Shown here piece by piece: positions 58,552 to 64,000 of a stretch of DNA of 64,000 nt. The translations under genes were made by a program, and so were the position numbers. The notes beneath the pieces are model-generated. The model made no database searches. It was given only the letters and a program-made list of their open reading frames with translations, and had not been told where the DNA came from. Source of the stretch: a virus (Duplodnaviria > Caudoviricetes); the IMG/VR virus record IMGVR_UViG_3300012952_003756, positions 4,776 to 68,775 of that record. One strand, 5' to 3'. Each line of letters begins with the position of its first letter. The first letter of the stretch is position 1.

Positions 58552-59087
58552 TTATCACACTCCACATTTAAACTAATCAAGGTGCCGTTTTCTTTATCCA
58601 TGTGGGGCAAGTATGCCTGCGAATGATCATCAAAAGAAGAATGTTCTGTAGATCTCCAATCATATTTTCTTATATTAGAAAAACCACAAGATTCTAAAAG
58701 AGTCTTAAGATTTTTATAATCATATACTGTTTTATGATAAATGATATCATCACGCATCTTCATCCTGCCATATAGAGGCCCCAGAAAACAGTCTAAAGGG
58801 TGACCATTCATATAAAGCTCTGCCATTTTGCCAAAATTCGGTACTGCAACTCTAAGAATGCCATCTTTTTTAAGCACCCTTCTCCATTCGTTCAACAAGG
58901 CATCAATATCATCTTTATCAACATATTCAATAACATGAGATGCATATATTAAATTGACACTCTCGTTTTCATATGGAAGTTTGAAAATATTATTATGATC
59001 TATGTGATCATAATCTCCACCATCAATATGAACCCATTCAGGCCCGAAATCTCTCCAGCCGCAGCCCATATTAATTTTCATCTTCAA
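58548..59087 (-). CDS. Class I SAM methyltransferase (Methyltransf_11-like)
   Basis: INMGCG, LIYASHVIEY, WRRVLKKDGILRVAVP. Confidence 0.8.
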   Translation of the reverse strand: MKMKINMGCGWRDFGPEWVHIDGGDYDHIDHNNIFKLPYENESVNLIYASHVIEYVDKDDIDALLNEWRRVLKKDGILRVAVPNFGKMAELYMNGHPLDCFLGPLYGRMKMRDDIIYHKTVYDYKNLKTLLESCGFSNIRKYDWRSTEHSSFDDHSQAYLPHMDKENGTLISLNVECDK

Positions 59088-59499
59088 TAAATTCCTTATC
59101 TAATGCCTGCCCGTAGTAAGGGCCCGTCTTATATTCAAAAACCAACGTATCGTCTTCTAAAATTTCATAATTATGGCCACCAAATAGGGTTATTGAACAG
59201 TCGCCCTGCTTTAGTATTTCTTCAGATAAGACACTATCATCTAAATCATAAAATATAGCTTTAACTTTTCCACGAGAAACAAACCACGACTCTTGGGCTA
59301 TGGCAGTTTCTGGAACGTTTTTATAAATGTGCTTATGTGGCTTAAAGGTCTTTCCTTTCGACATTTTAAGGACAGCTAGCTGAAGATATTGATCACCGTC
59401 AACAACATCTACTCTAGAAAATTCTTCATCACTTTGCCGACAAACTATGTGCATCGTTTTTTCAGGATCAACTAAAGAATTAATTTTTTTGATTTTCAC
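59071..59499 (-). CDS. WbuC-like cupin-fold protein
   Basis: FKPHKH...QESWFV...GGHNYEILED...KTGPY. Confidence 0.75.
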   Translation of the reverse strand: MKIKKINSLVDPEKTMHIVCRQSDEEFSRVDVVDGDQYLQLAVLKMSKGKTFKPHKHIYKNVPETAIAQESWFVSRGKVKAIFYDLDDSVLSEEILKQGDCSITLFGGHNYEILEDDTLVFEYKTGPYYGQALDKEFIEDEN

Positions 59500-60188
59500 A
59501 GCCCAAGTTCCTTCTTCAAGTCTGCTCTACGGAAACATGTTAGTGTGGTTGTAGTGCTGCAGTTGACAATCTCTATGCCACTCTTTTCAGCGCGCTGAGA
59601 TAATATATTCCAAGTAGGGGCGTGAAATTCAGTACCACGTGGTATGTTATATTCATCACCTTCTTGTTGATAATCATCAAACCAATAATTTGGATTTTTT
59701 TCAGGAGTCTTGCCAATTCTTAGTTTTACACCTTCTTGTTCGGTTTCGGGTAAAAATTCAACGTAGCTACAATCTACGCCAACAAGAATAATCTTTTCAT
59801 AGCCCATACATATCGCTGTTTGTGATGCATTTGCTCCGGAAGACCCTCCGTCATTAAAGTAATAAAAATCTGCTTCATCTTGCGGCAATTTTTCTGATGA
59901 GCCATATGGAAGCAGCCAGACTTTTTGTACTTTTGGAGATTCGTGCAATTGCTCTAAAAAGAAATACCGATCAATTGGCGACGTCTCAACTAGATTTTTA
60001 AAATTTTCGCGATGAGAATTGGTGACGATATAATCAAAACATCCAAAATATTTTGGATACCAATTCATTCTTTTGTATGCCCTATATGCAGAATTCAATC
60101 CGTATGTATCAAACTCTTTTAACATATCAAAGTCAACATCTTTTAACGAAGGGCCGTTGCCCATTACAATAACAGTTTTTTTACTCAT
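59496..60188 (-). CDS. GT42 (CstII)/Maf (DUF115)-like nonulosonyl transferase
   Basis: VIVMGNGPSLKDVD, SSG...AICMGYEKIILVGVD, late EFH; parallels CstII IIAGNGPSLKEID / TSG...AIALGYKEIYLSGID / GH. Confidence 0.65.
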   Translation of the reverse strand: MSKKTVIVMGNGPSLKDVDFDMLKEFDTYGLNSAYRAYKRMNWYPKYFGCFDYIVTNSHRENFKNLVETSPIDRYFFLEQLHESPKVQKVWLLPYGSSEKLPQDEADFYYFNDGGSSGANASQTAICMGYEKIILVGVDCSYVEFLPETEQEGVKLRIGKTPEKNPNYWFDDYQQEGDEYNIPRGTEFHAPTWNILSQRAEKSGIEIVNCSTTTTLTCFRRADLKKELGL

Positions 60189-61062
60189 TTAAAATTCTTT
60201 CTACCTTTTCCCAAAAATATTCTTTTCTACTGTCTAGATAATCAAAGATTTCTTCTTGTGGTTTTAAAAACCAATCTTCAGATATGTGCTGAATATTTTC
60301 ATTTAATAATAATTTACACCCTAGCAGCTTAGCTTCAATAACCAAGCGAGGGCACGTGTCTTTCCCAATTGGTAAAAATATTAGCCCCTCGGACTCGGAG
60401 AGCAATCTTAACATGTCATATCTAGGCAACCCTGAAACCAACTTGTAGGACAAATTATCTTTCTTGGCTGCAGCAAGACAGCCAATTCTATTCTTTATAG
60501 GAAAATCTGAATTTAAAATAACATAATCGCTTGTCTTTTCTTTTTTTAGTTTATGTAAGGCTCTCATAAACAGCGTATCCCTCTTTGAGAACGTCGACGA
60601 AAGCACTTCGCTATTTTTATGATCTCCAAGAAAGTTAAAGCGATCTTCATAAAACAGCTTTTGTTTCTCGCTCATCCACCAGAGCAAAGAAGATTTATGA
60701 AGGAATAAGGCAACTTCTTTGCCGTATCTAACTTCATTGCAATCACAGTCTTTACCTGTTGCCAGCTTGTGTATGTCTGCCGATCGGTATCGGCAATATT
60801 TATAATCATATTCAAAAACGCTATATTTTATGCCCTTTTTTACAAAGGAGATAATAAGCTCTCTTGGAAGTTCATAAAAATTACCAAATATCCAAAAATC
60901 GTTCTTGTACTTTTCAATAGATTTTTTATTAACTTTGAAACTTTCTATCCTGATCACGTCACAAGGAGACATCTCCAAGATAGACTCCAAAGAAAGTTCA
61001 GCGCCTCCCTGGAAACGATCGGCAAAAGCATCAGATACCGCAATGATTCTTTTATTAAGCAT
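60181..61062 (-). CDS. Putative GT-B glycosyltransferase
   Basis: GGAELS N-terminus, IFLP...DTCPRLVIEAKLLGC C-terminal GT-B-like motif. Confidence 0.65.
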   Translation of the reverse strand: MLNKRIIAVSDAFADRFQGGAELSLESILEMSPCDVIRIESFKVNKKSIEKYKNDFWIFGNFYELPRELIISFVKKGIKYSVFEYDYKYCRYRSADIHKLATGKDCDCNEVRYGKEVALFLHKSSLLWWMSEKQKLFYEDRFNFLGDHKNSEVLSSTFSKRDTLFMRALHKLKKEKTSDYVILNSDFPIKNRIGCLAAAKKDNLSYKLVSGLPRYDMLRLLSESEGLIFLPIGKDTCPRLVIEAKLLGCKLLLNENIQHISEDWFLKPQEEIFDYLDSRKEYFWEKVERILNE

Positions 61063-61064
61063 GC

Positions 61065-62357
61065 CTAAACCATACTATCAAACATATCGTCAAACTCATC
61101 ATCTGATATTACTTCGGAATGGTTTGGTATTAATTGGTCTAATAGCAGATCATATTGCTTTTCTTGTTCAAATTCTTTGCACACCCACTTTTGCAAGTCC
61201 TTAGCATGCTTTTTGAATCTACCATATTCTTTATAAACTTCGCGAAGGTTCATTTTATAAGATCCTTGCTGCGGATAGCACCACATAGAGTCTTTTTGTA
61301 GTACCCCTTCCCAAACTGCATGCTCTGGAATCGGAGCGATATCGTATTTGACTCTTGCAAAGTGAGGTTTCATTTTTTGTTTTTTAGATTTTTTATCCTT
61401 CTTGGGTGCAAAAAGAAAATCAACGTGGCCGCTCCATTCAGGCGCAATCACTGGAAGACCCGAATATGCAGCCTCGAAGAGGGGAAGGCCGAAACCTTCA
61501 CCATGGGTTAAGGAAACTAATGCTTTAATTTTTGGATGAACATACAAGGAGTGCATTTCTTGATCTGACATATCTCCATGTAAAAGATATATTTTACATT
61601 TTCTATTTTCATATTGTTTTAGAAAATTATCTAAAGCTGTCTTAATATTGTGCCTATCTGCAATAGAATTTCCCGCTTCAAAAGTTTTCACAACTAAGCC
61701 AACATCTGGATTATCAATAAATTCTTCAATAAACCAGCCAACTGTATTGTGTAAATTTTTTCTAGGGCCCCATTGCGCAACAGTTAAAAAATTAAACTCT
61801 GTTTCTAGGTTTAAATTTAAATCACTTTTTTCAAACTGCTTTACAGGATAATGCACGACATTAAGATCGTCAGGGCGTTCCAGCCTTAAGACAACTTTTT
61901 GACCAGTTCCATCTTTCAGGACGCCCTCATATGCTGTTTTCGAAAAAATGTCCTTTGAGTGATTCGACACTGTAATTATGCGATGCATTGAGTTTGCTTT
62001 TTCTAGCCAAACGGGTGCGACCTTAGTTGTTTCAATTCCCGCTGTCACTCCAACATTAACTGGCGCCATGGGTTGCCATTCGTTTGGTATCGTGACTTGA
62101 ACGCTCATATCATAAAGAATCTGATTTTCTTGCGTTTGTGTTCTTTGATATAAGGCAGTTTTTTTAATCATTTCATCAAGCCACCTTCTCTCTTCGTCGT
62201 CTTCATAGATCCAACCACAATTTCCCCATGGAACTGGAAATACATAAATATCATATATGTGTTCTACTTTTCTAAGGGCGCGCAAAACAAATCTTGCATG
62301 TTCTCCATAGCCAGACCTTGTTAAGACTGGCCCTCTTACAATTATTTTTTTCTTCAT
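61065..62357 (-). CDS. GT4-like glycosyltransferase
   Basis: RSGYGEHAR, WGPRKN, HGEGFGLPLFEAAYSGLPVI; start ATG 62357 (TAATG overlap). Confidence 0.88.
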   Translation of the reverse strand: MKKKIIVRGPVLTRSGYGEHARFVLRALRKVEHIYDIYVFPVPWGNCGWIYEDDEERRWLDEMIKKTALYQRTQTQENQILYDMSVQVTIPNEWQPMAPVNVGVTAGIETTKVAPVWLEKANSMHRIITVSNHSKDIFSKTAYEGVLKDGTGQKVVLRLERPDDLNVVHYPVKQFEKSDLNLNLETEFNFLTVAQWGPRKNLHNTVGWFIEEFIDNPDVGLVVKTFEAGNSIADRHNIKTALDNFLKQYENRKCKIYLLHGDMSDQEMHSLYVHPKIKALVSLTHGEGFGLPLFEAAYSGLPVIAPEWSGHVDFLFAPKKDKKSKKQKMKPHFARVKYDIAPIPEHAVWEGVLQKDSMWCYPQQGSYKMNLREVYKEYGRFKKHAKDLQKWVCKEFEQEKQYDLLLDQLIPNHSEVISDDEFDDMFDSMV

Positions 62358-63616
62358 TATAGTTCCTTTAATTCCCATGTTTTATATCCACGACGAGTGT
62401 CCCATGAGCCCATTTCTTCGTGGATGGTGGTTAGTGTTTTTTCCCATGTTTTACAAAAATTCTCAAAATTATAATTTTTCATGGTGTGCTCGCGCCCCTT
62501 TCTTCCTAGTTCTTCTCTTTCCTCCTTAGACATGTTGTATAACTTTAGCATAGCATCTACAACATCCTTTCCAGAGACTCGATCTTCATAAATATATGGA
62601 ATATCTTGGGATCCAATAATTGCTTTTGATGCCGGCTCAAGTCCAACGCCAAACCACTCTTTACCATCTGTAACTTGTTCCTGTAGGCCTCCTGTCATGG
62701 TGACAATGATTGGAGTCTCACACGATAGTGACTCCAAAGTGCCCAAGCCAAAACCTTCTGCGTCGGCCACATTAATAGTGCAGTCTGCCATGTTGTACAT
62801 ATAAGATAATATATGTGGTTCCACTTTTGATCTAGAAAATAAAACCTGACCATCTGCAAGGCCTAAATTATTAACAATGGCCTCCAAGTCTTGACCATGC
62901 ACATCTTTAGTGTCTGTGTGCATTATTAATGTTGCCTTGTCGTGGCCCACCTTGTCCAAAAAGTCTTTAAACCAAAAAATTAGTGAGCCACTCTGCTTTC
63001 TTCTTGCGTTTCTGTTGTTCCAAAAAATAATAAATTTATTTTCATCATAATTATCGCCAAAAGAATTTTTCGAAAAATTAGAAATTTCTTCCTTGTCGTG
63101 CTTCATAAACACTTCAGAATTTACAGCATGAGGTATATACAAAGATTTAACATCCGGTGCCACTGTTTTTACAATATCATCTGTAACTTTGGATATTGTA
63201 GCAATAAAATCATTTGATTCGTAATGTTTTTTATTATAAAGGGGGTAGGGCTTATTGTCCCACACATGATAATAGATCATTGGGCAAAGGGGCCGAATTT
63301 CATTTTCCATATCCCAGAGCCATTTCCAAAATCGAGGATCTGTCATAAACCAAACCATATCTGGCTTTTCTTGTCTTATGATCGACCTCAACAAGTCTTG
63401 ATTTCCATAGCCGTCGACCGGAAGAGTAATCCAATCATCCCCATGTTCTTCTGTTTTTATGGGCTGATAGTTATGGTGCTTCATCGCCCCACCTAAACTA
63501 AAAAATTTAAATTTCTCAGTTTTAAGGAGAGCTTCGATAATATATCGAGTTTGTGTGCCAACGCCCGAAGGAGCGAATGGCATATCACTAATTGTTATAA
63601 CTTTAATTTTTTCCAA
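62357..63616 (-). CDS. GT4-like glycosyltransferase
   Basis: SDMPFAPSGVG, NRNARRKQ, AEGFGLGTLESLSCETPII; TTG start with GAGG SD. Confidence 0.88.
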   Translation of the reverse strand: MEKIKVITISDMPFAPSGVGTQTRYIIEALLKTEKFKFFSLGGAMKHHNYQPIKTEEHGDDWITLPVDGYGNQDLLRSIIRQEKPDMVWFMTDPRFWKWLWDMENEIRPLCPMIYYHVWDNKPYPLYNKKHYESNDFIATISKVTDDIVKTVAPDVKSLYIPHAVNSEVFMKHDKEEISNFSKNSFGDNYDENKFIIFWNNRNARRKQSGSLIFWFKDFLDKVGHDKATLIMHTDTKDVHGQDLEAIVNNLGLADGQVLFSRSKVEPHILSYMYNMADCTINVADAEGFGLGTLESLSCETPIIVTMTGGLQEQVTDGKEWFGVGLEPASKAIIGSQDIPYIYEDRVSGKDVVDAMLKLYNMSKEEREELGRKGREHTMKNYNFENFCKTWEKTLTTIHEEMGSWDTRRGYKTWELKEL

Positions 63617-63625
63617 AGTAACCTC

Positions 63626-64000
63626 TTATTTGCAGTGTTCTGTTTTATAAAACTCGCACGTACCAAATTTTCCATGACACGTTAAACGATTCTTAATGTG
63701 TTTCTTGTTGTCTATATTATAGAGAGCCTTGTTTAATAATTTAAGTGCATTTTGAGTTTTTTTATTTCCACTAGTGGCTTTAAATAATTCAACATTGTTA
63801 GATTTTGCTGTTCTCTTAAGGAGAGCAAAGTGTGTCTCCAATTTTTCTGGATCTATTTCATGCTTAATAGCGAAAAAATGTTTATATAGGGTCAATTGGT
63901 ACGTGGTCATCTTTTCAGACTTTCTTCTAGTGTCCCAACCCCAAGAGCAGGTTTTCCAATCGATAATGTGATATTTATCGTCATGTGGAGTCTTTACTAC
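63626..64000 (-). CDS. PD-(D/E)XK (RecB/Cas4-like) nuclease, partial (begins right of the window)
   Basis: The frame is open to the edge: ...VVKTPHDDKYHIIDWKT...QLTLYKHFF...CEFYKTEHC (DWKT motif, QL..Y, terminal Cys cluster). Confidence 0.8.
   Translation of the reverse strand, partial: VVKTPHDDKYHIIDWKTCSWGWDTRRKSEKMTTYQLTLYKHFFAIKHEIDPEKLETHFALLKRTAKSNNVELFKATSGNKKTQNALKLLNKALYNIDNKKHIKNRLTCHGKFGTCEFYKTEHCK

Larger units (their letters stand above)
1..64000 (-). other. Segment of a large lytic myovirus-like (contractile-tailed) phage genome
   Basis: Co-oriented, tightly packed genes including gp25-like and gp6-like baseplate proteins, gp55-like sigma, phage-type primase, RuvC-like resolvase, Hsp20 and Mre11/Rad50. 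No rRNA, ribosomal protein or other cellular housekeeping genes seen. Confidence 0.9.

Noticed and set aside
45137-63616. Interpreting the glycan cluster as a bacterial LPS/capsule locus on a chromosome
   Set aside because: Flanked directly and co-oriented by phage genes with similar AT-rich composition, and lacks flippase, polymerase or ABC export genes.
59496-63616. Phase-variable homopolymer tracts in glycosyltransferases
   Set aside because: Only short A/T runs within Lys-rich codons; no long poly-G/C tracts or frameshifts.
1-64000. Stop-codon reassignment (code 4/15), as seen in some large phages
   Set aside because: ORFs up to 10.8 kb are open in code 11. TAG (38251, 43555) and TGA (ATGA overlaps) act as real stops at gene junctions, and coding density is already near complete.
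1-64000. CRISPR array, tRNA/rRNA, integrase/transposase, reverse transcriptase (DGR), intein or homing endonuclease
   Set aside because: No spaced direct repeats, no cloverleaf in the few short intergenic gaps, and no such motifs in any ORF by eye. The edge nuclease is Cas4/RecB-like but has no cas context.

Overview
AT-rich, densely coded segment of a large myovirus-like dsDNA phage genome. Every supportable gene is on the minus strand and standard code 11 fits. Reading in the direction of transcription (right to left): a partial PD-(D/E)XK nuclease; a bounded ~18.5 kb, 21-gene glycan biosynthesis/modification island (45137-63616); four small genes plus a T4 gp55-like sigma factor; a ~39 kb contractile-tail/baseplate module (gp5-like hub with a MepA-type peptidase, spike-tip protein, gp25, gp6-like wedge, a 3599-aa multi-LamG protein, and two pairs of paralogous proteins); then RuvC-like resolvase, primase, Hsp20 and an in-frame Mre11-Rad50 fusion that runs off the window edge. 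The best candidate for an undescribed system is the glycan island. It has two CMP-ulosonate synthetase-like enzymes and two different sialyltransferase-fold proteins (GT29-like and GT42/Maf-like) but no NeuB/NeuC/KdsA. It carries instead a SIS-HAD fusion next to a pyruvate-dependent class II aldolase, suggesting a phage-encoded, NeuB-independent 'sialylation-like' pathway. A candidate late promoter, CTA(A/T)TTA, recurs upstream of five structural genes. All product calls come from motif recognition by eye; no database search was run.
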